DNA from: an uncultured virus (IMG/VR IMGVR_UViG_3300031993_000026)
Taxonomy: Duplodnaviria > Heunggongvirae > Uroviricota > Caudoviricetes
Virus record (IMG/VR): IMGVR_UViG_3300031993_000026
Coordinates: 1 to 64,000 of that record
DNA: 64,000 nt
Direction: 5' to 3' (one strand)
Position numbers and translations under genes: made by a program
The notes under the pieces: model-generated
What the model was told of the DNA's origin: nothing
The model's input: only the letters and a program-made list of their open reading frames with translations
Databases searched by the model: none
Shown here: piece after piece, positions 37,407-46,867 of the stretch
Layout: every line of letters begins with the position of its first letter
Position numbering within the stretch: position 1 is the stretch's first letter

Positions 37407-37946
37407 ATGGTACACATAAAGAGAATAGATGAAATGTGTAATAATAAAAACAACCTTTCTGACGAGGAAGTATTTTTAAGCGGAATAGGATACAAAAGTT
37501 TTGAAGATGTACAGCGTGCCTATAAGACAGACTGGTATGATAGAAGCACATACGGTGGAGGGAAACAGACTTTCATTCCAAACATCATTCCGATGAAAAC
37601 CATCGCATCGGCTGTCGGCAGGTATATGAAATCCAACCAAAATGTAACGGTTCGTCCCAATATGGTGTGTACCTGTATTTTGGGTTGTAATGGTAAGCCG
37701 TTTTTTACTTTTATGGTTAAACAAAATGGAAAAGAAGTTGCAATTCATTTCGATGATGGTGAGATAACCCATTACGGAGAAGATATGACGACACCTGCAA
37801 TTACGGTACATTATGACGGTGGAATGGAAACAATTTGGGGTGCGGACAGATACAGAAGAAATTTCGGGGACACCGATTGGCACGAAAGCGAAATGGCGGG
37901 TATGAGCGATAAATTGCTACGAGTATTGAATAATATATTAAAATAG
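37407..37946 (+). CDS. Hypothetical protein with capsid-targeting-like leader
   Basis: MVHIKRIDEM; more AT-rich than neighbouring genes. Confidence 0.7.
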   Translation: MVHIKRIDEMCNNKNNLSDEEVFLSGIGYKSFEDVQRAYKTDWYDRSTYGGGKQTFIPNIIPMKTIASAVGRYMKSNQNVTVRPNMVCTCILGCNGKPFFTFMVKQNGKEVAIHFDDGEITHYGEDMTTPAITVHYDGGMETIWGADRYRRNFGDTDWHESEMAGMSDKLLRVLNNILK

Positions 37947-37980
37947 CAACAACGGATAATTCTGATATATTTGTAATAAA

Positions 37981-38487
37981 ATGGTATATATAAAGAGAAT
38001 AGACGAGATGTTCGGTGTCGGTGCGGAAGGCAGGAAGGCACTCGAAGACCTGTATCTCGGAAAGAAGATAAGGATAACCTACCTCAATGGCGAGGACAGC
38101 AGGTATGTCGGTCGCGAGGGCATTGTGAAGTCCGTTGACGACATAGGTCAGTTGCACGGCACTTGGGGCGGTCTTGCGATTATTCCAGACGAGGACGCAT
38201 TCGAGGTTGTCGGTATGAACGAGAGTTCGGAATACACTGTTGACGATTTTAGGAGAGAGATAGATACGACTGGTGCGCCAGAAGAACTCGTTCAATATGT
38301 GATTGACAATGTTCCCGACTTTGACCACAGGTACGAGGAGGCTATGTATAAGATAGGTCGCACCCGCAGACCGTTCCGTGATGTTGACAGCAGCCTGTAC
38401 GACGACATTTGTGACGCGGTGGAGGACTGGTGCGACGAGAACGGAAGTGATGCCGACGACTATAATGTCGAGGAGATATTCGGATAA
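37981..38487 (+). CDS. DUF4314-like domain protein with capsid-targeting-like leader
   Basis: MVYIKRIDEM; GIVKSVDDIGQLHGTWGGLAIIP..D. Confidence 0.75.
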   Translation: MVYIKRIDEMFGVGAEGRKALEDLYLGKKIRITYLNGEDSRYVGREGIVKSVDDIGQLHGTWGGLAIIPDEDAFEVVGMNESSEYTVDDFRREIDTTGAPEELVQYVIDNVPDFDHRYEEAMYKIGRTRRPFRDVDSSLYDDICDAVEDWCDENGSDADDYNVEEIFG

Positions 38488-38504
38488 TATTATTCTTGAT
38501 AACT

Positions 38505-38918
38505 ATGTATATAAAGAGATTGGACGAAATGATGGGTGTTCCCGCGCAGTATGACGCGCAGGTCGCTGGCAATTTGTTCGGTGCGCTTATGGAAAGCGTG
38601 ACGAAGACTTGGGAGTTCCACCTGCTTACCGAGAGTTATGCGGAGCACGATGCTCTCAACACATACTACCACGACATAATCGGGCATACGGACGACCTGA
38701 TTGAGCATTATATCGCTTCACACGGCAAGGAGGGGCTTGCCTTCGGGAATGTGCAACTTGACACGACAAGCGCGGTTTCATATCTCGAAAGCCTCAAATG
38801 TGTCGTGTGCCAGTATCGGGACGGGCTGTTTGCCGATGACAGCGTTGCAGTGAGCGATATTGACGACATTCTCGGTCTTATCGAGAGTACGCTCTACAAG
38901 TTGACGAACTTGTCATAA
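38505..38918 (+). CDS. Ferritin/Dps-like four-helix protein with capsid-targeting-like leader
   Basis: MYIKRLDEM; FH....YAEHDAL..YY......DDLIE and TLYKL. Confidence 0.7.
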   Translation: MYIKRLDEMMGVPAQYDAQVAGNLFGALMESVTKTWEFHLLTESYAEHDALNTYYHDIIGHTDDLIEHYIASHGKEGLAFGNVQLDTTSAVSYLESLKCVVCQYRDGLFADDSVAVSDIDDILGLIESTLYKLTNLS

Positions 38919-38932
38919 TATAACTCTGGCTG

Positions 38933-39466
38933 ATGAACAACGGGACACTGACACGGAAACCATTGCTTGATGACGGGTTCAAGGACATCACCGCACCGAC
39001 AATCAAGTACAACGACCTGCTCGGCATAGAGGCGGGCGTGCATATTGTCGCCAGCGATGAGGTCGCACGGCTCGACAGGATTGCGTGGAGATACTACGGC
39101 TCGATTGAGAAACTTGACGCTCTGCTCTGGGTGAACGACATATACAACCCGTTCGCGATAGACGAGAAGGACATACTCTACATACCGACCATAAAGGACA
39201 CGAGTTCCTTCTACAAGTCGCCAGACAAGGTGGTGTTCCCAGATTCGCAGGAGGCGGGCACGAACAGCCTCATCGACAGCGCAGCGAAGAAACTCAATGC
39301 TGGTATGAAACTCACAAGGCAGGAGAGTATGTCTATGAGCGCAAGCGAGTTCGGCGGGCGCACGACCGACATACGCAAGCCCAACGAACTCCGCGAGGGC
39401 GAGGCTACGAAGAGAGTGGACGGAGGAAGCCTGCGTCTTGGTGTGAATATCGGGACACAGAGATAG
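38933..39466 (+). CDS. Baseplate wedge gp53-like / LysM-type protein
   Basis: RLDRIAWRYYG....D.L...N.I.NPF.I.E.DILYIP. Confidence 0.75.
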   Translation: MNNGTLTRKPLLDDGFKDITAPTIKYNDLLGIEAGVHIVASDEVARLDRIAWRYYGSIEKLDALLWVNDIYNPFAIDEKDILYIPTIKDTSSFYKSPDKVVFPDSQEAGTNSLIDSAAKKLNAGMKLTRQESMSMSASEFGGRTTDIRKPNELREGEATKRVDGGSLRLGVNIGTQR

Positions 39467-39530
39467 CAGTCGGGCGCGAAGCCCGATATGAATGACATAC
39501 GGCACTCGGTTTTTTTTTCCGAGTGCTGTT

Positions 39531-39584
39531 TTTTTTTCTGAAATTACTATTTATTAACTATATATTAGTGTCGGAAAGGAAACA
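39531..39584 (+). promoter_or_regulatory. Conserved non-late promoter-like motif, copy A
   Basis: TTTTCTGAAA-N4-TATTTATTAACTATATATT, also at 42461 and 56316. Confidence 0.7.
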
Positions 39585-39599
39585 TTAAACTTGAAAGTG

Positions 39600-39926
39600 A
39601 TGAAACAAGAAACCTACGAGCAAGCCCGACACACGCTTGGGCTGTTTTATTCGGACGCTTCAACGCCAGCCGATGTAACCGAGAGATATATGAAGTCGTT
39701 GCCCCTCTACGAAAGGCACAGGATTGCGATAGGGCTTCTACGGCATATCGTGGCGCACGAGGGCATAGCGGAGATACCGAAGGACTTGCACACCTGCTTT
39801 GCGTGCTGCATAGACTCGTTGAACTTCCTCGTGGCGAACAAGACAGTGCCCGAATGTGAACTCGCCTCCCTTTCGGAGTGTGTTGCTGTCGGCAAGGATA
39901 TGCTCGGCAAGGTCAAAATAATATAG
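39600..39926 (+). CDS. Hypothetical protein
   Basis: ORF directly after the motif, ATG at 39600. Confidence 0.6.
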   Translation: MKQETYEQARHTLGLFYSDASTPADVTERYMKSLPLYERHRIAIGLLRHIVAHEGIAEIPKDLHTCFACCIDSLNFLVANKTVPECELASLSECVAVGKDMLGKVKII

Positions 39927-39930
39927 TGCT

Positions 39931-41280
39931 ATGTTTTGTGAACTTACTGACTTCGGCTTGCTCGCGGAGATGCAGGCTGAACTGAAGGGGACTACGAAGA
40001 CTTCCGAGAAGGAAGCCATACTCCTTTCATACAAGGGCAGGTTCTCGCCAGACTTCCTGAAGAAAGCCTGCGAGTTCCTGTGGGGTGAAACAAAGTTCAA
40101 GGTTGCGTCAGCCCGCGTGCTTGAGCGGATAGGCGCGGTCGGGTGCTTCGAGGCTCTGCCCCTTGACGACAGGGAACTCATAGACCATCTCGAAAGGATA
40201 CCGAGCGGTAACGGGAACAACAGCGTCCTTGAACTCTGCGTGAGGATATACGGCTCTATAAGAGCCTGCGACGAGGGGATAGCCCAGTTGTTCCTCGACA
40301 TACTCGACAAGGATTTCAGGTGCGGGGTGAACAGGAAGTTGATTGAGAAGGTGTATCCCGAATTTATGCCGAAAGGCTTTGCCGTTGCGCTCGCCAACAA
40401 GTATGCCGATTATAAGGACAAGGTGGATTTTGAAAAGGATGTGTGGTACGGAAGCCGAAAGTGCGACGGGGTGCGTTGCATTGCGATAAAGCGCAACGGG
40501 AGCGTCAGGTTCTACACAAGGCAGGGCAAGGAGATACTCACGCTCGCCATATTGAAGCCAGTGATTGAAAGCACCTGCATAGACAATGTTGCCTTTGACG
40601 GCGAACTCTGCATAGTGGACGGCAACGGCAACGAGGACTTCCAGAGCATAATGAAGGAGGTCACCCGAAAGAACCACATCATACAGCACCCGTTCTACCA
40701 GATGTTCGACTGCATACTGCTTGACGAGTTCGAGAACTGCGCTGGTACGGAACTGCTGGAGACAAGGCTGGCAAGGCTCAACGATGTGTACTCGAAGTTG
40801 TCCGAGAACGCCAAGCGGTATTGCAAGCCGTTGCGCCAGAGAAGGGTTCTTGACGCAACCGAACTCGGCAACCGTTTCTCGCAGGCGGTTGGACTCGGCT
40901 GGGAGGGGCTTATGATACGCAGGAATGTTCCGTATGAGGGGAAGCGCACAAACAATCTGTTAAAGGTAAAGGGCTTCAATGATGCCGAATATGTCATCGT
41001 TGACTATGCCCTCGGAGATATGCGCTTTGCGGAGGACGGCATCTGGAAGGTGGAGCATTGCCTCGCCAACATAACGATAGAGCACAGGGGCTGTCGCGTG
41101 CAGGTCGGAAGCGGGCTTACAAGGGCTGAACGGAGATACTGGACGGAACATTGCTCGGAACTTGTCGGCAAGACGGTCACGGTGAAGTATTTTGCCGAGA
41201 CGCAGAATCAGGACGGCGGGTATTCGCTCCGTTTCCCGACGATAAAGTGCATATACGACGGCAACAAGCGTGAAGTGTAA
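39931..41280 (+). CDS. lig: ATP-dependent DNA ligase
   Basis: KCDGVR, FDGEL, EGLMIR, LLKVK, VGSG and SLRFP motifs. Confidence 0.92.
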   Translation: MFCELTDFGLLAEMQAELKGTTKTSEKEAILLSYKGRFSPDFLKKACEFLWGETKFKVASARVLERIGAVGCFEALPLDDRELIDHLERIPSGNGNNSVLELCVRIYGSIRACDEGIAQLFLDILDKDFRCGVNRKLIEKVYPEFMPKGFAVALANKYADYKDKVDFEKDVWYGSRKCDGVRCIAIKRNGSVRFYTRQGKEILTLAILKPVIESTCIDNVAFDGELCIVDGNGNEDFQSIMKEVTRKNHIIQHPFYQMFDCILLDEFENCAGTELLETRLARLNDVYSKLSENAKRYCKPLRQRRVLDATELGNRFSQAVGLGWEGLMIRRNVPYEGKRTNNLLKVKGFNDAEYVIVDYALGDMRFAEDGIWKVEHCLANITIEHRGCRVQVGSGLTRAERRYWTEHCSELVGKTVTVKYFAETQNQDGGYSLRFPTIKCIYDGNKREV

Positions 41281-41296
41281 CCAATATGGATTTATT

Positions 41297-41590
41297 ATGA
41301 TAGTTGACAACGATGTTTACAAGTTCCGCCTCTATCCGAAGGTGGACTATCTGGAAGTGAGCGTCTATACAAGACCAGACGCAATCCCCTCCACGCTCGA
41401 CAAGGAAAAAGTTGTGAAGAACAGGTACTTCACGGAGGAGAGGCTCGAAGGCTTGAAAGCCGAACTTATACGGCAGATAAGCGAGTTGCCCGCAAAGGAA
41501 CTCTTCGCCATTTTGTGCGTGGATTTGGACGGGGGCTATAATATAACGGAAGAACAGATTTTTGAAATACAGGACGATGAAAAGAAATAG
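41297..41590 (+). CDS. Hypothetical protein
   Basis: Packed ORF, probable ATG at 41297. Confidence 0.55.
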   Translation: MIVDNDVYKFRLYPKVDYLEVSVYTRPDAIPSTLDKEKVVKNRYFTEERLEGLKAELIRQISELPAKELFAILCVDLDGGYNITEEQIFEIQDDEKK

Positions 41591-42452
41591 GTTTAGGAGA
41601 TGGCTTCAGCGCAAGGCGTTGGAGTTCATCGTGAAGTGCGAGAGCGATTCGCGCTATGTTGCCCACTATAAGAACGAGCGCAGGATTGCGAGGGCAAGGT
41701 ATAAGAACGACAGGGATGAGTGGGACGACAGGTTCGACGAGATGATGGACGGCGATATAGTCGAACTTCTTTCGGTGCTTGCGATGCAGGGGGACACGGG
41801 GTTCTCGATAGGCATTAAGATGAAGATGCTTCAGACCGCTATGAATTTCGGTCTGTTTTCCCCGCTTGATTTCAGCGTGTCCGAATGGTCTGACAAACTC
41901 TCTCTAACGGATAACATCTGGCAGAATACCCGCTGTCCGAGCGTGTTCAGGGAATATGACGAGAAAACGGACGAGTTCATATACACCGACAACGACAGTT
42001 TGCGCCTGTGCGAACTTGCCACCCGATATGATATAGGGAGCAATAAGACCGTGATTGGGTATCCGAGTACCTTCGGCGGAGTTTACATAATGTATGACGA
42101 GGATACCCGCGAATATCATATATACAAGGATGTGATAGTCAACCGCGAGACATATATGGGGCGCAATACCGTAAAGTTGCCGTGCGTTACATTCCTCGAC
42201 AGCAATGACACCAATAACGACTTCTATTGCCATATTGCGTTGAGGCGACACCTGCCGTCAAACTTCTTCAAGGACTATGCCCTTGTGGTCAACGAGAATA
42301 TGGAGAAAGCGTACGCCGATGAACTTGCATATTGCAGGGAGCATAAACTCGGCGAGAAGTGCGTGGAGGTTATGCACAAGTGCCGAAAGGAAGTCAACAA
42401 GATACTCGGTGTAAAGCGTTTCGGAAAGAAGCCGAAGAAAAATTTAAAATAA
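41577..42452 (+). CDS. Hypothetical protein
   Basis: ATG at 41577; WQNTRCPSVF motif. Confidence 0.65.
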   Translation: MKRNRFRRWLQRKALEFIVKCESDSRYVAHYKNERRIARARYKNDRDEWDDRFDEMMDGDIVELLSVLAMQGDTGFSIGIKMKMLQTAMNFGLFSPLDFSVSEWSDKLSLTDNIWQNTRCPSVFREYDEKTDEFIYTDNDSLRLCELATRYDIGSNKTVIGYPSTFGGVYIMYDEDTREYHIYKDVIVNRETYMGRNTVKLPCVTFLDSNDTNNDFYCHIALRRHLPSNFFKDYALVVNENMEKAYADELAYCREHKLGEKCVEVMHKCRKEVNKILGVKRFGKKPKKNLK

Positions 42453-42457
42453 TTGGG

Positions 42458-42493
42458 TTTTTTTCTGAAATTGTTATTTATTAACTATATATT
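42458..42493 (+). promoter_or_regulatory. Conserved non-late promoter-like motif, copy B
   Basis: ttttctgaaa-ttgt-tatttattaactatatatt. Confidence 0.7.
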
Positions 42494-42572
42494 GCATTTG
42501 ACAGCCTTTCGGCAACGGAGGTTTTTTGGAAGTGATAGTTAACATATTTTTTAATTAAATAATTATTTAATA

Positions 42573-43409
42573 ATGAGAGAAATAAAGATTTCAAAATGTA
42601 ACAAGGCTCTGTTGAGCAATCTTACAAAGCAGATGTACACCGTTGACAAGTTCCTCACATTGAGGATTGACGGTGATGAGACTTCCGCACTCGGATATTT
42701 TCCGTCGCACGATGTCGTGAAGGTCTATGGCGTGAGCAACGAAAAGTTCTTCGAGGGCATTGATGCCCACGACAAGCCGATAAGGGTGAGCCTCCAGAAC
42801 GGTCTTGACATCCTTCAGGTGCTGAAGAACTATCCGGGCGACACGGTTGACATCATACTCAATGTCTATGACGACAACCCAGAAGCCGAAGAACTCTACA
42901 CAGCCAAGATTGTTTTCCGCTACGAGACGGAGGACGACAATATGGAGGTTGAACTCGTGTGCGCTGAAAAGAGTTTCAGCGACAAGGTTGTTGACCCGCT
43001 TTCACAGCAGGTTCTCGCAAGGCTTTTCGACACGACCAACAGGACTTGCTCGTTCGAGATTAGCACCGACAGGATGTCGAGGATTAAGTCGTTCTCGGAC
43101 ATCGACAAGACCAACCGCGCATTCGGCTACACCGTAAACCAGAGCGGTGATGTCTTTATCGTCGAGAAACGCCTCTATGACGACAGCGCGGACGAGAACA
43201 ACATATACAAGGTTTTCCTTGCGAAGTATGCTGGCGAGGTCAGCGAAACGCATACCTATATGTGCAACAAGAACATCTTCGGCACTATGCGCGACAACAA
43301 CTGGAATGTTGACATCTGCGCATCGGACAGCAAGGTAATCTACAAGTACGCCAGCGAGGAGAGCGGGGAGAAAATATCAATCATCGGTGTAATCAACGAT
43401 ACTCTCTAA
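42573..43409 (+). CDS. Possible sliding clamp (gp45-like)
   Basis: 278 aa, acidic, two-domain alpha/beta pattern, first gene of a replication/recombination operon; no diagnostic motif. Confidence 0.4.
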   Translation: MREIKISKCNKALLSNLTKQMYTVDKFLTLRIDGDETSALGYFPSHDVVKVYGVSNEKFFEGIDAHDKPIRVSLQNGLDILQVLKNYPGDTVDIILNVYDDNPEAEELYTAKIVFRYETEDDNMEVELVCAEKSFSDKVVDPLSQQVLARLFDTTNRTCSFEISTDRMSRIKSFSDIDKTNRAFGYTVNQSGDVFIVEKRLYDDSADENNIYKVFLAKYAGEVSETHTYMCNKNIFGTMRDNNWNVDICASDSKVIYKYASEESGEKISIIGVINDTL

Positions 43410-43414
43410 TACAG

Positions 43415-43681
43415 GTGGAGGCACTCAACAACTATATCGTGGTAAGGAAGGACGGGGCGGAGAAGTCCGCCTCGCCCTTGATAATGCTCCCGCCTTCGGA
43501 CGCGACTGCACCGCCCTTTACGGGTGTCATTGAAAGCGTAGGTTCGGAGGTGAAGGGCGACTATAAGGTCGGGGACAGGATTGCGTACTGCGACCTGTGC
43601 TCGCCCTACATACTTGACGACGAGAAGGGGACGGTGCTTATCATTACGGAGGACGATATTGTGGCGAAGTTAAACGAATAA
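43415..43681 (+). CDS. groES: GroES-like co-chaperonin
   Basis: ALNNYIVV, GVIESVG, KVGDRI, I.EDDIVAKL. Confidence 0.8.
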   Translation: MEALNNYIVVRKDGAEKSASPLIMLPPSDATAPPFTGVIESVGSEVKGDYKVGDRIAYCDLCSPYILDDEKGTVLIITEDDIVAKLNE

Positions 43682-43700
43682 TAATAAAAAATCATATTTT

Positions 43701-44174
43701 ATGGGATACGAAGAAGCAAGGGAATTGTTCAGGGACGGTAACTTGAACGAGGTGGTAAGGAAAAGGATATACGAACTTGACACCAATTTTAGTGATGTCT
43801 ATGACCGTATGAACGATATAGACAAGGAACTTACCGAAAGCATTTCGCAAACATACGACACGCTCAACAGGAGGATTGACCTGCTTGAAGACGATATGCG
43901 CGAGGAACTTCAGGGCGAACTCGCTGGCTTGCGCGAGGAAATCGAGGCACTTCGTGGCAATATGAAGGAGGTCAACGACGGGATAAGCGAGAACATTGAC
44001 AGCCTCCGCGAAGACCTGACTACCGACATTGAAAATGCAAATGAGCGCATAGACGATGTTGACGACCGCATTGACGAGGTTGACGAGCAGGTGAGGGGCG
44101 ATATGGACAAGCGCATTGACGAGATGGAGAGCAAGTTTGCGAAGTCGGACAAGAAGGGCAAGGAGGACAAGTAA
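43701..44174 (+). CDS. Acidic coiled-coil protein
   Basis: Heptad/hendecad amphipathic pattern throughout. Confidence 0.7.
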   Translation: MGYEEARELFRDGNLNEVVRKRIYELDTNFSDVYDRMNDIDKELTESISQTYDTLNRRIDLLEDDMREELQGELAGLREEIEALRGNMKEVNDGISENIDSLREDLTTDIENANERIDDVDDRIDEVDEQVRGDMDKRIDEMESKFAKSDKKGKEDK

Positions 44175-44800
44175 TGAGGACAATAAAGCCAAGCGTGGTC
44201 ATCGAGAGCAATGTCGATGGCGACTACATACTGGGGCAGATTGAGAAGGCTGGTCGCACGGCGTACAAGAGCGAGGACAAGATTACGGGCGACTCGGCTC
44301 GCGGTTTCGTCGATATGATACGCAAGCGCGGACACCTGTCCGTATTGGAACATCAGAGCGTTACCGTGCGCGTAATCTGCGACAGGGGCGTAACGCACGA
44401 GATAGTGCGCCACCGCCTTGCTGCCTACACGCAGGAATCTACACGCTACTGCAACTACTCGAAGGGAAAGTTCGGGGGCGAGATAACGGTGATAGACCCT
44501 ATCTTCTTCTCCCACGACAGCGAGAAGTACAGGGTGTGGAAGGACACGATAGCAAAGATAGAGGAGGCGTATAACAAGTTAATTGAACTCGGTGCTACTC
44601 CGCAGGAGGCAAGAAGCGTGTTGCCGAACTCCCTCAAGACCGAAATCGTTATGACGATGAACCTGCGAGAATGGAGGCATTTCTTCACCCTCCGCACATC
44701 GGCTGCCGCGCACCCGCAGATGAGGGAGATTGCAGTGCCGTTGCTCGAAGAGTTCAAGAGACTGATACCAGTTGTTTTTGATGATATTGAAGTTAGTTAA
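44174..44800 (+). CDS. thyX: FAD-dependent thymidylate synthase
   Basis: GHLSVLEH, HEIVRHR..YTQESTRY, ARSVLPN, NLREWRHF, AHPQMR. Confidence 0.95.
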   Translation: MRTIKPSVVIESNVDGDYILGQIEKAGRTAYKSEDKITGDSARGFVDMIRKRGHLSVLEHQSVTVRVICDRGVTHEIVRHRLAAYTQESTRYCNYSKGKFGGEITVIDPIFFSHDSEKYRVWKDTIAKIEEAYNKLIELGATPQEARSVLPNSLKTEIVMTMNLREWRHFFTLRTSAAAHPQMREIAVPLLEEFKRLIPVVFDDIEVS

Positions 44801-44827
44801 GTTAATGTTAGTTAAGAAGTAAATTTT

Positions 44828-45799
44828 ATGGCAAAGGAAAAAGGTACATTTAGCATCGCCGACCTTAATTCGGCAATGAACAAGAACTCCAAGTTCGGCG
44901 GGTTGCTCGCCAACGGCGGAGGTGTAAGCAAGATTACGGAATATATCCCTACGGGGAACTATATGCTCAACGCCTGCGTGAGCGGGGACATAATGAAGGG
45001 CATACCGAACAACCGTTCGATATGTATTTCGGGCGAAAGCGGTGTGGGCAAGACCTACCTGATACTCAATATGTGCCGTGAGGCGCAGAAGAAGGGATAC
45101 TTCGTGGTGTTCTATGACAGCGAGAACGCGGTTGACGAGGAACTGGCTTCGGGCTTCGGCATAGACCTCAATATGTTCCGCTATGAACCCGTGCAGACGG
45201 TTCAGGAGTTCAGGAGCAATGTGACGCAGTTCGTTGATTTGCTTATTGAACAAAAGGAGGCGGGGAACGAAATCCCGAAGGTGTTTATCGCGCTTGACAG
45301 TGCTGGCAACCTCGCCACGCAGAAGGAGATTGACGATGCAAAGACGCTCTCCGACAAGTCCGATATGAGCCGTGCGAAGGTTATGAAGTCCATATTCCGT
45401 ATCCTTATGTCGAAACTCGGTGTCATCGGTGCAAGTTTCGTTTTCTCGAACCATATCTACAAGACGCTCGACCTGTACGCCTCCAATGTCCAGTCGGGCG
45501 GTTGTCTTGTGCCCGGAAGCAAGGTTCTTATGTCCGATGGAAGTTACAAGAGCATCGAGGACATTAAGATTGGCGATGAGGTTATGACGCTTCAAGGCGG
45601 AAAGGAGATTTTACAGACTTGGGAGTTTGAAAAGCCGACAATCACGGTTGAGTTTGAAGACGGAAGCGTTGTTGAATGTTCGGCAGACCATCGTTTCTAT
45701 ATCGGTGGCGAAAGCGATGATGTTAATGACGACATTAACTGGGTGTATGCCCGTGATTTAGTCGCTGGTGATGAAATCAAGTGCGCTGTAAATAATTAA
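44828..45799 (+). CDS. recA: RecA/UvsX recombinase N-terminal part (225 aa) fused to a split-intein N-fragment (98 aa, Cys1 at 45503)
   Basis: Walker A GESGVGKT, YDSE, LDSAG; junction SGG|CLVPGSKVLMSDG; block B VECSADHRF. Confidence 0.92.
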   Translation: MAKEKGTFSIADLNSAMNKNSKFGGLLANGGGVSKITEYIPTGNYMLNACVSGDIMKGIPNNRSICISGESGVGKTYLILNMCREAQKKGYFVVFYDSENAVDEELASGFGIDLNMFRYEPVQTVQEFRSNVTQFVDLLIEQKEAGNEIPKVFIALDSAGNLATQKEIDDAKTLSDKSDMSRAKVMKSIFRILMSKLGVIGASFVFSNHIYKTLDLYASNVQSGGCLVPGSKVLMSDGSYKSIEDIKIGDEVMTLQGGKEILQTWEFEKPTITVEFEDGSVVECSADHRFYIGGESDDVNDDINWVYARDLVAGDEIKCAVNN

Positions 45800-45805
45800 C
45801 CTCCC

Positions 45806-45859
45806 CATTGTACTTTTTAAATTTATAAATAATTTATAATAGATTTAAAGAGTACAATG
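45806..45859 (+). promoter_or_regulatory. Hairpin sequestering the endonuclease start codon, with late promoter TATAAATA (45824-45831) in the loop
   Basis: cattgtactttttaaattt pairs with agatttaaagagtacaatg (17/19 Watson-Crick, 2 G-U). Confidence 0.8.
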
Positions 45860-46867
45860 TTTTATGACACGATAACCGACATAGACAAGTTCAAGGAATG
45901 GCTGTTAAGTTCTTTTTCCAAGGTTAATATCAATAACGACAAGATGGTAGAGGAATTATATGATATTTTTAAATGCTCCCAGACCAAAGATATGAGGGGT
46001 ATTTATGATAAGATTTCCGCTTATTTCAAGAACAAGCGGGGCGGTAGGCGCGGTTCTATCATTTCCATCGACTATTGGAAATCTTTGGGATGGGAAGACA
46101 CGAGTGAAATCAAAGTCATAATATCGAAAATCCAGCAGGAGAGAAGCCCTCGAAACATATCTTATTATACCAAGCGCGGGTACAGCGAAGCGGAAGCCAG
46201 AGATAAGGTAGCCAAATTGCAGGGAGAATATTCGATGCGCGGTTATGCGAACCGCACGAAGGACGAGATAAGAAGGCGTAGCGTATGGAGCGTACAGCAT
46301 TGGCTGGACAAGGGGTATAGCGAAGAAGAAGCCGTTGCTGAAATGCGCAAGCGCAACGGTGCTTGCAGGGAGTGCTATTCTTCCGATGCCGAGTATGGCA
46401 AGAAGATGGACTTATTGTCCCAGAAGGCAAAGGAACGCTATAATAGAAACCCAGAAAAATTCTGGCGTGAAAGACCTAACTTTTCATCAAAGGAAGAGTC
46501 TGACTTTTTCAACAAGTTGTCTGCGTGCATATACGGGGTGAAATACCTCCATTGTGGCGTGAATGTCCAGAATACAATACTGGAGAGCGAGTATGGCAAG
46601 CAGTATGTGTTGAGTGACGGGTGCATATCGCTGGATGACGGTCTGGTACTACTTGAATATGACGGTGACTACTGGCACGATGCCGAATATGATTTGATAC
46701 GGGACAATGCTATATTTGAAGTTAGAAAAGATATTGTCGGTATAATTCGTATCAATGACAAGTTTGTAAGAAATAATAGTTTTGATGTAATTAAAAAGGA
46801 ATTTGAATATGCGATTGAAGACATTAAAGGTAAAAAGTGTAAAAGAAAACTCATCTACGAAAGTTAA
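45857..46867 (+). CDS. Free-standing homing endonuclease (Vsr/DUF559/EDxHD-like) between the split-intein halves
   Basis: Three YW/YY..GY(W)SEEEA-like repeats; C-terminal SKEE...DG...LEYDGDYWHD; AT-rich. Confidence 0.8.
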   Translation: MFYDTITDIDKFKEWLLSSFSKVNINNDKMVEELYDIFKCSQTKDMRGIYDKISAYFKNKRGGRRGSIISIDYWKSLGWEDTSEIKVIISKIQQERSPRNISYYTKRGYSEAEARDKVAKLQGEYSMRGYANRTKDEIRRRSVWSVQHWLDKGYSEEEAVAEMRKRNGACRECYSSDAEYGKKMDLLSQKAKERYNRNPEKFWRERPNFSSKEESDFFNKLSACIYGVKYLHCGVNVQNTILESEYGKQYVLSDGCISLDDGLVLLEYDGDYWHDAEYDLIRDNAIFEVRKDIVGIIRINDKFVRNNSFDVIKKEFEYAIEDIKGKKCKRKLIYES

